Source of the DNA: Paramecium tetraurelia
Taxonomy: Eukaryota
Assembly (NCBI GenBank): GCA_000165425.1
Contig: CT868374.1
Location: forward strand, 434,001-476,979
Length of the DNA: 42,979 nucleotides
Direction: 5' to 3'
This document shows positions 13,807 to 32,306 of the stretch, piece after piece; position 1 is the first letter of the stretch; every line of letters starts with the position of its first letter. Made by a program: the position numbers and the translations under genes. Below the pieces are notes generated by a model that had not been told where the DNA came from, made no database searches, and was given only the letters and a program-made list of their open reading frames with translations.

Positions 13807-14373
13807 ATGGACTAAATATCAGATGAAGCAATCAATGCCATGCCAAAGAAACCACAAAATGCTTACATGTTATTCAGAGCAGATACATATGATGACCTTA
13901 AGAAAAAGAACCAAGATAAAAGTATGACTGAATTGACTACAATGATATCTGCCTTGTGGGGAGAGTTGGACGACAAGAAGAAGGAAGTATTTCATTTATT
14001 AAGAACTCTAAATTAGAAATACAACAAAGATTATGACAAGGCTACTGAGTAATACAAGACTGATTATGCTGGCTGGTTGAAGAAGTTCAAGTTGGATGAA
14101 GATAAAGTAAAGAAGTTTCTCAAGGACAATAAATAAGCTAAAAAGAGGAATAAGAAGGGTTCCAAGAAGGTTACCAAGGCTTCAAAGAATGAAGACGAAA
14201 GTGACGATGAAGATGAACAGAAAATTTAGTCATTAAAAAATAAGAACTAAAAGAAACAATAAGAATAGAAGGAGTAGATTGTATAAAAGAACACTAAAGA
14301 CAATAAGGAATAATAGAAACCTAAGGTTAATCCATAGTAATAGAAGGAGAAGAAAGAAAACAAGAAAAAGTGA
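13807..14373 (+). CDS. HMG-box protein with a K/E/Q-rich tail
   Basis: MPKKPQNAYMLFR...ISALWGELDDKKKEKY; one intron. Confidence 0.85.
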
Positions 14374-14412
14374 TTAATTTATAATAAATTATAATTAAAA
14401 TTATTCCTTATA

Positions 14413-15327
14413 ATGAGTTAAATTGAATAACTTTGCCAAGACTCCAATTTATCATGCGGAAGGGGAATTTTCATAGGAATTTATGCTGGATTAATTTTTG
14501 CAATTTCAATCTATTGTTTAATAAAGCTTTATGGATTTATGGGCAGAATATCCTACGAAATGATTCCTTTGACCACATGTGCCATTCAATCTTCTTTGCA
14601 TTTCATCAATGACCTCTTTTTAGTTACAAACTCTTTATAAATCGTTATAATTTACTTTTGTTTACAAACATTCATATTGATTTCGCAAAGCTTTTTTCAT
14701 TTGTACTACAAAATGACGTATTCGAATGAAGAATTTTAAGGATATCGAAGGAAATAAAAGTATAGCTTGTTAATATTTTATATTCTATTTACAACCATAA
14801 TCCTAGTATACTTGATTTAAATAGATGATTAGAATTGTTTGGCCTATTTTAATGTAGGATTAGTTCTTTAATTCATAATAATTTTATTTAGTGTGTTAAT
14901 ATCAATACTATATGGTTAGAAATTAAAATAAGTTATGAACAAACATGAATAAACAAACGTGACAAAAATAGCAAACTATTAAACGACAGCTGTGTAGATA
15001 GTTTTGAGCACTACTGCAATTTTTGAATTTATTATGTCAATTTTATCACTTACCACATTTTAAGGATTGTTTTGTAATTTACCATTAAATAATTCTAACG
15101 ATGATGGATTTACATCTGGAGAGAATGTATATTTGACTTTCTTCTCCATTATAGAAATGACTCCTTGTATTTTAGTACCTTTAATTTTTTTCTACCTCCC
15201 ACAAATATCATAACAATAAGACAAAAAGCAAGAGATTAACTTGAATGACACATTTTTATTATAATCTGCAAGACCGTCTTTGGATTTCAGTGGATTAATA
15301 AATATTTCTATTGAATTAAAGTAATGA
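14413..15327 (+). CDS. Multi-pass (~7 TM) membrane protein, GPCR-like/TOM1-like topology
   Basis: Intronless 304-aa ORF with about seven hydrophobic segments and a polar C-terminal tail. Confidence 0.65.
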
Positions 15328-15383
15328 AATTATTCACACTTTATTTAAAAATATATTAAGAGATTTTGTGTATACAACAGAAA

Positions 15384-15390
15384 TTGGCGC
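15384..15390 (+). promoter_or_regulatory. E2F-like element (TTGGCGC) upstream of MCM4
   Basis: Lone GC-rich motif in an AT-rich spacer, 26 nt before the MCM4 ATG; resembles TTTSSCGC. Confidence 0.3.
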
Positions 15391-15416
15391 AATATAATTA
15401 TATAATTAATTAAAAA

Positions 15417-17877
<2,461 letters not shown>

Positions 17878-17923
17878 TTTATATTATGTAATTTTATATA
17901 ATATTATATTTTTTAATTAACAG

Positions 17924-19213
17924 ATGGACTCCCCTTTAAAAGATATGACTGGAACGATTGTCAATAAGTATTATTCACATTAAATTAGGCAATATAAGCT
18001 CATTAAGAAATTAGGAGCTGGTGCTTTTGGCGAAATTTATTCTTCGTAATCAAATGGATTAGAATATGCTATTAAAATAGAGAAATCTGATTCAAAACAT
18101 CCATAGTTAGAATTCGAATCAAAACTATATCACTATTTGAATAATCATAATGGATAAGGAATTCCTAAATATTATGGCTATCATTAGCAAGATGGTTATA
18201 ACTTTTTAGTTATGGAGTTACTTGGCCAATCACTTGAGGATGTTTTTTCTGAAAACAATCGTATATTTACGTTGCAAACAGTTTGTGTCTTGGGAATTCA
18301 AATGTTGGAATGCATAGAGTTTCTACATAGCAAATAATTCATTCATAGAGACATTAAACCAGATAATTTTTTGATGGGCAAATCCTAAAAAGATAGAGTG
18401 TATCTGGTAGACTATGGATTAGCTAAGAGGTATATTTCAAAGGATCTTCACATTCCTTACAAAGATAATAAAGCCTTAACTGGAACTGCCAGATATGCTT
18501 CTATCAATACACATCTTGGAATAGAGTAATCAAGAAGAGATGATTTAGAATCTTTAGCCTATGTGTTAATGTATTTTTTAAGAGGGTCACTCCCTTGGCA
18601 AAATTTAAGAGCAAATAATCAAAAAGAAAAATACGATAGAATCATGGAAAAAAAATTAGCTACATCTTCAGAAACATTATGCAAGAATTACCCGTAATAA
18701 TTATTATAATTCGTTGATTATACAAAGAATTTAAAATTTGATGAGAAACCAGATTATTAATTCATTAAAAATCTCTTTATTTAAATTATGCAAGAAAATG
18801 AATTAAGAATGGAATACATTTATGACTGGGATGATGAAGATACATAAAGAGATAAAATTTAAATTAGAAATGAGGAGAAAACCAATTTACTAAAAATGAA
18901 TAAATAAACCAGCAATACCTAATAACGAATAAATAAGCATTAAGAAAATAAAAATATCAATAGCAATAGTATTTATATGAGAAATTGTAGCAATGTGAAT
19001 AATAAATACAGTATTGGTAGAACAAAAACCAATTCTATTGGATCAATTAATAAAATTGTTGTCACTAAAACGAAATAAATTACTAATAATACAATTAATA
19101 GTTTGACTAATCAAAACACATTGCCAAATAATAATAATAATAATAATAATAAATTACATCAAAACTTAGCGAAATAGATTATAAAGAAGCATTCTAGTTT
19201 GCATTACTAATGA
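17924..19213 (+). CDS. CK1: Casein kinase 1 family protein
   Basis: [61 protein letters not shown]. Confidence 0.93.
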
Positions 19214-19571
19214 TTAAATTAATTATAATTATAATTGTTTTCTATAAACATTTGTTAAATTTTCTAATATGCTTTCAACTTTTATAAATTTTCTTACTAT
19301 TAACTACCAATTAAATTAAATTAAAAATATTTATTTCTAAATTATGAAATCAACATAAATGATTAAATTATTAAGATCTATAATTTTTTTAGATATTTGT
19401 GAGAAACAATTATTCAAATAAACATAAAATTGACTTTAAGCTTAAATTATTATATATTTTTGGCCAATCTAGTAATGACATTATTCTAGATTAAAGCAAT
19501 ATACTAAATTCTTATTAGCCTAACATATTATTATAAATAAATAAACTTTCAAGAACAGCTCAAATAAAACT

Positions 19572-20805
19572 ATGCAAAATTAACGAGAGCAACTAGAAAT
19601 ACCAAGAGGACAATCTTTCACATTTGATTCTAATCGGCCATTTATCTATTACTATTCTGTTGCCAAACCATTACCTGATAATATAGTTGATGATTTAGTT
19701 GTTTGTTGTTAGATAAGAACCTGGTTAATAAAATAGTTGCCCAAAGTTTGGTTTTTAATGGCTAGTACAACAGCCCACATTTTAATAGAGAAACAACAAC
19801 CTAAGTTTGTAACTCAAAATTTTATTTTGGACATATTCATTTATAGTTGGTTATCAGATGGGCTGACAAACTTGAAAAAGGAGTTGACGAATAGATTAAG
19901 CAAATTGATAGTTGAAAATGAGAAATTAGAAAGGCTGATTGATATATTTACATAAGAAATTGTCTCAGTTTAAGAAGAGTTTTCAAAATTTCATAAGTCA
20001 GAATACCTTCTCAATTATAATGATAGTTGTGTACAACCTTTGATAGTATTTCGAGAAAAAGGAAAAAATGAGAACTAATCACTAATAAAAAGAATTGATG
20101 ATTTAAATGTTGATGACGATAGTAGAGATTCAACATTATCATCTTCCTAAATTTCTTAAACACTTACTAATAAAGACATTGATAGAAGTAAATCTGATGT
20201 TAGAGAAGTCACAGCAGCACTTTAAAATAGTAAGATGAGAAAATTTACCAAGTAAATGGAAAAGATGACACAAAATGTTTTTTCAGAATTAATTAAATAT
20301 AATGCGTAAGATCAATAATGGCAAATTGCTAGATAATTTGTTGTCATTATTTTAGAAACTAGCATTCAGTCTGATCACTATTTAAAAACCTAAGAAAAAG
20401 TTAGGTTTTTATAGCCGGCTTTGCTTTTTTATAAGAAGGCATTATAGGTTTGGATTCTGGCAAAATTTTCATCTCAATAGTTTAACTAAGCAACTAGAAA
20501 TTCGTAAGAAAATAAAGTAAGAATATAATAGTAATCTAGATGATATTCAGCTAATTCTTATGTAAAGCTAAAAACTTTATGGGGAGATTTTGGAATGAAA
20601 AATTAGTTATCCCTCTGCATACAGTATTTTAAATTGCAGAGCAGACTTATCCTGAAGTATAATAAGAAAAAAATGTTATCGAAGTATGTCAATTTTAATA
20701 TTTTAGTAAATGAAAAAGTTTTCTATTTTATTAAAGGAAAAACTCGTAGCATTATGGGACCAAAATTTGGCTCAATGCACAAAATAGCTTATTTAATAAT
20801 AATGA
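19572..20805 (+). CDS. Hypothetical protein
   Basis: Long ciliate-code ORF with two ~23-nt introns; TGA 20803-20805. Confidence 0.65.
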
Positions 20806-20869
20806 TTAATAATTAAAATTAATTGAAAATCTAAAATTAGAATTTTTCAAACGATATATATACTAGTTC

Positions 20870-23152
20870 TCAGTTTTTTTCTGTCACACTTGATTATATG
20901 TTAAGCATCCCCGAATTCATTAATGTCATAGATAAATGAGCTTTATCTTTTCTAACTTATTTTAATTAGGATTGTAAATTTTCAATCTTTACTTTTTGAG
21001 AATTAGTTTCATCCTTTAATTGCATGATTTGACTTTCATATTCTTGAACCTATTTCTCATTCATAGCAATCCCACTCATTTAAGATGACATTATTTGTTA
21101 TTTCATTTCTTTACTATTTTTTTTTAAATCATTAATAGTCTTTTCATGAATGGATATTATTTAGTTTTTCTGTTTTATTTCTTCCTATAGACCCTATAAT
21201 ACATTTTCTAATTCAACAACTTATTGTTTATATTCATTTGTTTTTTGAATAAGATGTTTATTTAACTAATAAATAAGAACATTTAAATACCTCTTTTTCT
21301 TTATCAATGTTATCTCCTTTACTTCCTAATTTCAAATTTCCTAATTACTCAATATTATTTTTAAGATCTTTGATCTGATTATTCAGCTTGTATTCATTTT
21401 TTGCCTATTATTCAACTTTCTTTGTTAACTCGGCTATAGTTATTTTTTATTACTTTATTTAATTGAAGTAGGCTTCATTTTCTTTTTCATTATTATAACT
21501 AACGTTGGATAATTTTTCTTGAAATTCAGTAAGTTAAGTTTTATAAGTGAAATTTATTTCAATTACTTAATTTAGATTGTTAATAAGTTCATCTAATTTT
21601 TATTTTTTTTCTTCTAATTCAGTTCTAAGATCTAAGTTTTAAGATTTCAAATCATTATAATAATTATTTGTATTTTAATTTTAAGGTTAGACGGAACTCA
21701 TTTCCTTTAATTTTTGATTAAGAAAAGCAATCTAATTAATATTTTCTCTATTCAGATTTTTTGATTAAGTTTCTAATTAATTTAATTAATCATTAAGCAT
21801 TTAAATTTTATCTTATTACTTTTTAATTGTTTCTATTGCTGTTTTATATTCTTAAGTCAACACTTAAACCTTTTATTCTAAAAATAATTGTTATTAATCT
21901 TTGGCTTATTATAAACTATTTTTTTCATTTTTTAACTTATTAATAATTTCGTCATAATGATTTTGAATTTGTTGTTTTTCTTTGAGGTTTTTTTAAGATA
22001 CTTCATCCAATTTATCATTTAGCTCTTTTAGATGATTCTTTTTTATGGATTCTAATTCTTTTGCGTTTTATGATTCAATATTAATGATTTATTGACTAAG
22101 AATGATGTTATGTTATTTTAATTCATCAATTACTTGTTCTAAAGACATCATGTCTTAAGTATGATTTTGAATCATATCTTTGATATTATGCTCATATTTT
22201 TCTAAGGCTTAGTGAAATTCATTCTACAATCGTTCTAAATCGAATTATTTTTCTGAAAGTAATTCTTCCTTCACACTCAAATCCTGCACTCTCTTTTCTA
22301 ATTAATTTGAAAGCTCTTTAGTTTAAAATATTAGTGAATTTAACTATTCTTATTTATCATTGACATCCTTTTATAAAGAATTAATTTTATTGTTGAGCAA
22401 TTTTGTAGATTAGTTTAATTCATTAGCTTTTAAGTTGTACTTTTGCTACCATTAACTTTCTATTTTTTATTTTTATTCATTTTCATAGTTCTTAATTTGT
22501 TGAAGCTCTCTTTAGTGTGATTATTGCATAGTTTAAATCTAATCATTATACTATTTTTATTGAATTATTTTATTTTATTCATTTGCAATTAGTTGTTATT
22601 TCTATTCATCGTTTTACTTAATAAGTTAGTCCAACTGTTTTTGTTGTTCTGCAATTTTTTTATTTGATTATGCTAGTGCTTTTTTTAACTAAGAATAAAG
22701 GGTTTATGTACTTCATTATTAGCTTGAATAAAGAATTCAAGTTGTTCAGCTTATCGTAAGACATTAGCATTTTATTCTTTCATCTTTTGAGGGTCCTATT
22801 GCTTCATAAATGGTGCACAACCACTTGAAGGAGAAGAAAGAGTGGGTTAAACTACAAAATCAGGTTAAGTTTGCGAAGGTGACACTTGACTTTAACCATT
22901 GATTGTTGGTAAGTTCCGTCGAGGACTATTTACATTTTGAATTTAATCTAATTTGGCAATCAATCCTGATACATCACTAGTATAATCAACAGTTTTTACT
23001 GCTAAAATTGTTTCTAATCATTTATTAAGGATTGAAGAACTTGAGGTGATTTGATTGATTAGGGTGTAGGTGAGGGAATTGATATTACTTTTGAAGGGTC
23101 TAAAGTTAATTAACAAATTACTTTGAGGTGTAGGTTAGTATTGCTAAATCAT
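20870..23152 (-). CDS. Long Q/E/K-rich coiled-coil protein with a Pro/Ser-rich N-terminus
   Basis: MIQQYQPTPQ..., heptad-like charged composition, short introns; TGA 20870-20872. Confidence 0.7.
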
Positions 23153-23325
23153 AGAACTAATATTAGATAATTTTTATCCAAGTTATTGATTTTACATTGA
23201 GGGTTAGCAGTTAATATAATTTTATAATAAATAATAATATTTAATAGGGAAGAACTAATGTAAATTAAAAGTGAATAATATCTAAATATTTTTAAGTAGA
23301 TATTTTCAACATCAATTTTAAATGA

Positions 23326-24495
23326 TCAATTATTTGGAGATTCATCTATGTTTATCCATTTGACTCTTTTACCATTTTCCCACAATCCCTCTTTTTTCTC
23401 ACTATTGGGTAAAGTAATCATTCCTTTTCCATGTTATTTGCCATTAATCCAATGTCCCTCATACTTTCTTCCATTTTCCCATTAGAAAATCCCGAAACCA
23501 TGTTTTTTATCATCCTTGTAATCTCCATCATATCGTTTCCCGTCTGCCCATTGAGTGATACCCTTTCCATTCATCTTACTATTATTCCATTAACCTTTGT
23601 ATGACTTACCATCTTTCCAATAATATTCTCCATATCCAGTGATGTCATTCTCAACGAAATCTCCTTTGTAGTAGCTACCATCAGCAAATGTGAGAGTGCC
23701 TTGACCATGTTTCTTTCCATTTTCATATCTACCCTAACAATATAGTACTCATAATCTATATACTTCATATTTAGCTCCATCTGGCCAAACCTCCACTCCT
23801 TGGCCATGCTATAAATCGTTCTTCCAGTCTCCTTCATATCTGGCTCCGCCTAATTTATTATCCAATTTAATAACCACTATGAATATAAACTCCACGACCG
23901 TTTGCCATGTCATCCAACCATTAACCTTCATATATATCGCCATCCACATGCACTTTAATTTTATAATTTTAATCTACCTAGCTTTCCAAATCCATTTGCT
24001 TTGTCTTCGACCCACTCTCCTTCATAAAAACTTCTATCGGGCCAAACGTATTTCCCTTAACCGTCTCTCAAACAATTTTTCCATTCCCCTTCATAAACTC
24101 CTCCATTTTTCATTTCTATTGCACTCAGCTTCATCCTAGTAAATTTTCCTTTCGTTGATTAAACTAATGACACATATTATTCCTCTGGTTTGTTATCGTC
24201 TACGCTCTCATCATAATATTTTACCATTTTCCCTTTTCATTAATTTTGGAGAAGAACTGTCTTCTATTGAATTGTTTCTTGCTCCTGCCATTTAAGCAAC
24301 GTCTTCATCCTTAAGATGCGCCCCGTTTTTTTCTTTTCCCTAATCATAATTTCTCTTTCGTACATCATTCTCCTAATGTTGACCCACATCTATTTTAGCA
24401 TTAGGTTTTTATTAGCTTAATTGTTTTTGATTAGTATTGAGTTCCACTTCGTCCATCCCTTTGGTTTAGCACTGACAAGAACAAGCATTACCCAT
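23326..24495 (-). CDS. MORN-repeat protein with a predicted dual-acylation N-terminus
   Basis: MGNACSCQC; repeated YEGEW...GxG...W.DG..Y units; several short introns. Confidence 0.88.
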
Positions 24496-24673
24496 TTAAT
24501 CGAGTAGAAAAATTAATTATATTATATTTATAATTAATCAACTTAATCTTCTTTCGTTAAAGTTTACTTTAATCATCCGAGATTGTTTAAATAATATTAA
24601 GACTTCTCTGAAATACAACTTTGATTTGTTTTTTTATTAAATCGATTTTATAATTAAAATAAATAAAAGTATA

Positions 24674-25309
24674 ATGAAGTGCTCTTGCAACAATGATTTG
24701 ATTATACAATTTTCAGATGACAAATTGTACATCTAAACTTGTATTTAAATTGTATCGATTATATGTAGATAATAATTCACAAAATTTTATCCCAAAATAT
24801 CAAGGTTAGCCTGAACCTATTAATGAAAGTAATGATGAAAATAATTAAATTTTACGCTTTATGCAATAATTTACCAATAAGAATCTTGATTAAAATTCTT
24901 TTAAATAGATTTTTGAGTTCAGTCCAAATAGTTAAAGTGTATAACATTATATAAATTGTAGCTTTTTAAAATGCCATTTGATAATGATAATAATTTTAGA
25001 TTCATAAGTTCTCAATAGCCAATAATTAATCAAAGTGTTTACGAACAAGAATAAAAAAAACAGAAAAAATAAAAACAGAAAGCGAAACAACCACAGCCTA
25101 AACAAACTATTGAAAAAGCGCAAGAAAATTCAGATTCTAAAACATCTTAAAAATAATCGAAAGCTCATTCTTAAGTGAATGAGGATATTCGCATTTTTGA
25201 AGATAAAATACGATCATACACATCTGACATAGATGAATCGAAAAAAAAAACATTAAATCTTCCATTAGAATGGATAAAAAGATTGGGAACTTAGAAGAAG
25301 AAGAAGTGA
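24674..25309 (+). CDS. Hypothetical protein with a basic C-terminus
   Basis: MKCSCNND... to LPLEWIKRLGTQKKKK*; intron positions inferred. Confidence 0.5.
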
Positions 25310-25448
25310 CAATGATAACAATACACAATCTTTAAAACAAATCATTTTAAAATTTAAAATTAGTTAATTTTTGAATTATGTATCAAATTCAATATATACA
25401 AATATTACATACAAGATATATATAGAATATAAAAGATCAGTATAGTTA

Positions 25449-26469
25449 TCAATTAAAGTTCTCCAATAATGCCAATCTAGCTTGTATCTGATTTACAAGC
25501 AAATCATTTAATTTCTCTTCTTTTTCAACATTTATTTTTGTATTTGTTTCCTCTTCTAACTTTTATGCTTCACTATTTAACAGCTTTATTTAATGTAAAG
25601 TCTTTTACACCCTATCCTAAGAAGAAATTAGACTATCATCAAAAATGTTTCTCTAAATATTGTAATGTTGATACCCATTAAGCTGGTTACACTTCCTACA
25701 CCTTTTTATGTATGTGAATACCTTCAGCCTAATCCTTCTTCTTGCATTAAGGTTATGTAATAGGTGACAATTTTTATACTTATTGATGCCTGACTTTTAT
25801 TTTGATTTCTGGCTATCTTTTTTCTTCGAGCTTGTCTTCTACCTATAATATTTTTTCTAGTTTTTTAATTAAATATTTATCTATTTATTATAATTGACTA
25901 ACATCAGAGCTGGTTTTGTTAGATTACTCATGCAAGGAAATAGGTTTGGATTTTGAGTTGAATAGAAAGGCATCTGAAGGATCTTCATGAAAAGTCTTTA
26001 TAACTGGTCTTGAATAAATCTCTTTAACAATTTCTGAATACTTTGATTAGACCTATTTTCTTGCTTTTATTTGTTATCTCTTTGCTATCAATCTTATTTG
26101 CTCCTCTTGCTATTTGTGGAGTAATTTAATGTAAGTATTAGACCTCTAAAATTCTACTTATGGAGCCGACATTTTCTTATTTTATCTTTCCATTTCCTTA
26201 ACAATTTTATTACCATCATATTGTTATTAATGTAATAAAATTGAGCTGAAATTGATTGGTTAACAGAGATGTTTTTTAGATGACATGATTTAATTATGAA
26301 GTTGCTCCTAAATTTATCTTAATTCATTATCCTTATTTTATATTGCAATCTGTTCTCTTCTAATCCTTTCTTTTATTAAGAGAATTTTCTTGTTTTCTTC
26401 TAGTAATTGTTCTTTTCGATTATTTTCTAATTCTTCCAGAATCGATGATTTGTTTAATCTCTGTTTCAT
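25449..26469 (-). CDS. Hypothetical coiled-coil protein
   Basis: Open from MKQRLNKSSILEELE with one 22-nt intron to IQARLALLENFN*. Confidence 0.7.
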
Positions 26470-26511
26470 AAATATAAATAATTTTATTATAAATTATCAT
26501 GATTTCTATTT

Positions 26512-28255
26512 TCATTTCTTTATTAAAACACTTTGTATCATTCTTTTTTCGAGCATATATTTATAGATTAAGTCTTTTAAAATGGCTTTGTCGATGCATT
26601 TAAATAAATTTAAGTCCTTTACTTCAAAACCTTAAGCAGCAATCAAAACTCCTCTTGCACCCGACTTCCCTTTTTTATAAACGGACCTAAACTTTGAGAT
26701 AAATTCAGCTTTCAAATATTTGTAATAATTCTAAACAATTACTAATTATAATTTTCTTTTAAGTATTAATAAATTTTTACCCATCCAAATATGGGGATTT
26801 CTTAATCTCCTCATCAACTTAAAAATTTATTATAGTCTTATTCATCTACTTTTTAATTTCCTTGACCTCTAATAAATTATATATAATTATGTATACTTTC
26901 AATATCCTCCTTTTGTATCTAATTGTACATAACCCCCCAATATTTATTCCATAACATGATTATTCTTTAAACATAAGCTCCAACTCTTTTTTTATAATTT
27001 CTATATGAATCAATTACTGTTCTAATTAATCGTCTAAATCTATAAGTTTTTTGTATTATTTCCCCAATCTGTCCATAACTTTTCATAAAAGAAAAACAAA
27101 TAAATTCAGCTCTTGTTTTTACTGTTTTTTGATAGATTTCAGCAAAAACACAAAGACTTTGTAAACTTTAAAATTTAGTCCTTTATTAAATAGTCTCGCC
27201 ATGTTTAGTAAGGTACTTCTTCAAATTTAATCTTGTTCTGTGTTTTTTCCTTATTATTGTGGCTTCATTCATCATATGATTTGCCATATACTATATCGAA
27301 TGATTAAATTAGTTACTATATATTTGACTCGAATAAGCCTACAAATTAGAATCGAATAGAGATTAGTTAACCAACTTTTTTATTATTCCTTGATTGATTG
27401 GTCTATTTGATCTCGAACATTCAAGATATCTTTGATAATCTTTTTTTTTTAAGAATGTTCATATCTCTCTCTTATTAGATCCTATTTATCTTAATCTATG
27501 ATTTATTTATTAACTAAAGTTTCTTAAAATCGCTTAGCAGATTAAACTCTTCTAATTTATAACTACTTTTTTTGAGTTTGAGGTTCATATTGTCTTAAAT
27601 TCATATTCATCAGAATTAAATCCTTTGATTATTTCCTTGTTAAAGCACTACTTATTCTACCTAACATAAATGAAGTCATTGGTCTTTCTTTTTCTTCCTA
27701 ATCTTGCTTTTATAGCTTCTGTATTTTCATTCCATATTAGATCTTGGCATGAATAATAGATTATTGTTAACTAAAAATAGCCATATACAAAAAAGGGGTA
27801 GTAAAAATGTTATCTTCTCCTGGCTCTGTATATCTTAATACCTATTTTCTTTGAAATGCTTCTTCAAAATTAAATCTATTTGGAGTTAAAGTGTGTCTTG
27901 AAATATAAAATTTCATTTTTGCTTAATTGGTAAAAGTAAAATCTAGGATTTTATACAAATATGTACTTATGATTAAGGGTTTCTTATGACCAGCCAATGG
28001 GACTTCAAAGTAATGGAACGTACATAATTGCAGATGTATAATATTAACTAATTTAGCATCTAATTGGGCTCTTTATTCTGTAATCACATAACCTGATTAT
28101 TTTTTTACAACTTCCGTTTAAAAATTGTGTTCAAAATCCTTTTTTGAAGGTACTATCTACTTAAGTTTCCTGGCTTCCAATTAATTCAATAACTCATAAT
28201 TTGTATGTATATTGTTTTGCTATACAATAGAATTTTTAAACTCCATAGTTTTCAT
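26512..28255 (-). CDS. Hypothetical protein
   Basis: MKTMEFKNS... through introns to IQSVLIKK*; middle not fully verified. Confidence 0.6.
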
Positions 28256-28304
28256 ATTATTAAATACAGAATAAAAAAAATAAATTAAAGAATATTTTTA
28301 AAGC

Positions 28305-28730
28305 ATGAATTGCACATTCAAAGATAATTGGCCTAATAATTACAAAAGTAGGTTACCCTGGAGGTATCAATAATCTTCCATAATGTAAATTGATTTGTAC
28401 AGGATAAATAAATTTCGTTGAATTTGTGTTACATTATGATGAATGGAACCTAAAATTAGAGGATTTGCTTTATTTATTGTTCAATTAATAAGTTCTATCT
28501 TAAATTGAATAGACAAGAGTATATCATTGTGATCAAGCACTTTTATAAGATTATAATAATTAGAAAGTAATCTAAATGGTTTTGGATAAGCTCAACCATT
28601 TTTATTACACTCAGCCCCCAAGACAGAGAAGAACCAAAAAGATGGAGAAATGCCATGAAATACTGAAAAACGATAGTTAATAAGCTGAGAAAAGGTTGTG
28701 TGGATATAATTATGTATTAGAATTGATTAA
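28305..28730 (+). other. Coding-like segment with no clean start/stop model (degenerate or mis-assembled gene)
   Basis: Open frame QINFVEFVLHYDEWNLKLEDLLYLLF...KCHEILK from ~28403, not cleanly joined to ATG 28305. Confidence 0.3.
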
Positions 28731-28747
28731 TAAAAATAATATTAATT

Positions 28748-29026
28748 ATGAGAGCAAGTTTCTTCCTGATTACTATACTTAATTTAGTTTATGGCATCAA
28801 CTATTCCATCAGAGGATAAAGTAATCTTCTGGATTTAGATACTAATAATGATGACTTATAAATTAATGAAGGATTTAGAGAAGCTGCAGATCTCATTTTT
28901 GGAACTCTATTCTAATATTTACCCTATATAGTGTTAGCTCTTATATTTATTTATTATGCAAATAAATTCTTTCCAACCAGATAGCCAAAAAAGATTTTGA
29001 AAAAATTGCCGATCCAAAAACGATGA
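28748..29026 (+). CDS. Small type I membrane protein (92 aa)
   Basis: Signal-like MRASFFLITILNLVYG, TM LPYIVLALIFIYYA, basic tail. Confidence 0.55.
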
Positions 29027-29228
29027 TTATCATTTTAATTGATATTAACAATTTCATACTATTTGGTTAAAAATTCATCATTTTGAAAGAACTTCTAATG
29101 ATTTTTCTTTCATTTAGAATCGTTAAACAGGTGTAACAATAAGGACAACAATTTCTTAAGTGTAAAGAATGTTAGAAGGAGAGCAAATTAAATTAAAATA
29201 TTAAAGTTAATATTTCTTTTTATCATTT

Positions 29229-30707
29229 TCATTTATCTCTTTTTGATTTCCAATCCAATAATGCTTTTAAATTTTTATCACTGTTTGCTACAAGTTTAAT
29301 GTAATTATCTAAATTTATAGTGGAGTCTAATACCCATAAATGCATTCGCCTTGGCTATACCATAAGTAACTCTAGCTCTGTCAATTAATTTTCTACTCTT
29401 TTATTCAGGTTTCTCAGACTTAGCACAATCAAAGTGTTATTAAAAGTATTCTAAAGATTTAGCTGTGTTTCCTTTGCTCTAATATAACTTAGCCAAGTGT
29501 AGTGCAGCATCGGATTATGAATTGTATAATTTTTAATCTTTAGCCAAAGCATAATAACTTTCCAAATGCTTTTAGGCTTCATCTACATCACCTTTCTTTA
29601 GATAACATTATGCTAAAGAGGAATGTGCCTCCATTTCCTTTTATTTTGAGTCCTTAAATAGTAGTAAAAAACCATACTTCTTTGTGTAACTATTTTACAA
29701 TTTCCAAGAATTTATGATGATATTGTATACTCTTTTAGATATTCTGCATTTTGAAATATAACCCACCAATTTTGTTGCATATGACTCCTTCAGATTCTAA
29801 GTCTCCTGCTTTTTAGGCTGCTTCTCTGCATTTATCATAATATTTTAATGATTATGCTATTTAATCATTGTCCCCCTTCTCATATTCTTAGGCCATTCTG
29901 TTGTAGATTTTTATCAATTCGGTTGACATTTATTCAACTACCGAATCCAAATTCTATAATTATTCACACTATTTCATGCTCTCCTCTAAGATTTGTATTG
30001 CTTAATCTATCAACCCTACTTGGTAATGACACTTTGCATATCCTAGCTTGCCTTTGCCTTCGGCTTTAGCTTCCTAGCATACATAATAGATTTTACGGTG
30101 TATTATCTTGATATTTGAATTACTCTTTTGTAAAAATAAGCTGCCACTATGTAATCTTGGTATTCAGTAAAAAAGAATTCTGCCAAATTCAAGTACTCGT
30201 TTAATGCCTAAGTTTTGTCTGGGTACTAGTATTTAGCGTTTTCTTCAGCATTCTATAATCTTTTTTTTAAATCCAACAAGAATTCTTCATCTTAATTAAT
30301 ATATTTTTGATGAACTAATTTCTATGGAGAAAATACTTCTATGATTTGAAAAATGCTCCTCTAATGAAATTCCAGAAGGTTAATAAAATAATTTTGGGAC
30401 GGTTTCATTAGTCACATAAAAAAAATCAGCATACGATTAAACATATCCATTTTCTTATGGAATAAAAATTTGATTTACATAATATTTCTGCAGCAATGGA
30501 TTCCTTGTTTATTTTACCCTGAAATTCTATTCTCTCTTCCGATTAAGGATTTTATTATTGCTAATTATCTAACACAATCAATACTTTTTAAATTTTCTTT
30601 TGGGGATGCTTGTCAGTTGTGATTTGCTTTTAAACTTAAGCATCAGCCAGTCCTTTTGCCTTGATAGGCATTTTAATGGGTTCAAATTTTTTCTCTTTTT
30701 ATTGCAT
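29229..30707 (-). CDS. TTC29: TPR protein, TTC29-like
   Basis: N-terminal ILQNGYVQSYADFF, TPR-like helices, C-terminal RARVTYGIAKA...LKALLDWK. Confidence 0.7.
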
Positions 30708-30722
30708 TAAATATAAAATTTA

Positions 30723-32063
<1,341 letters not shown>

Positions 32064-32306
32064 TTAAAAAGAAAGAAAAAAGGAAAGAAAAACCCTTATG
32101 AATTTTATTACTTATGATTAATATTTGAGACTTTTTATTATTTTAAAAACAAAAAGAACAGAACTCCAAAATAATTATTGATCAGTTTTGGATTCAAAGT
32201 ATATTAATACAAATGAAAATATTTTTATTATTGAACGTATACATTTCAATAATTTTATAATACTGCAAAGTATTTTCATCTAAACAAAATTGTTCTTGCT
32301 TCGCAT

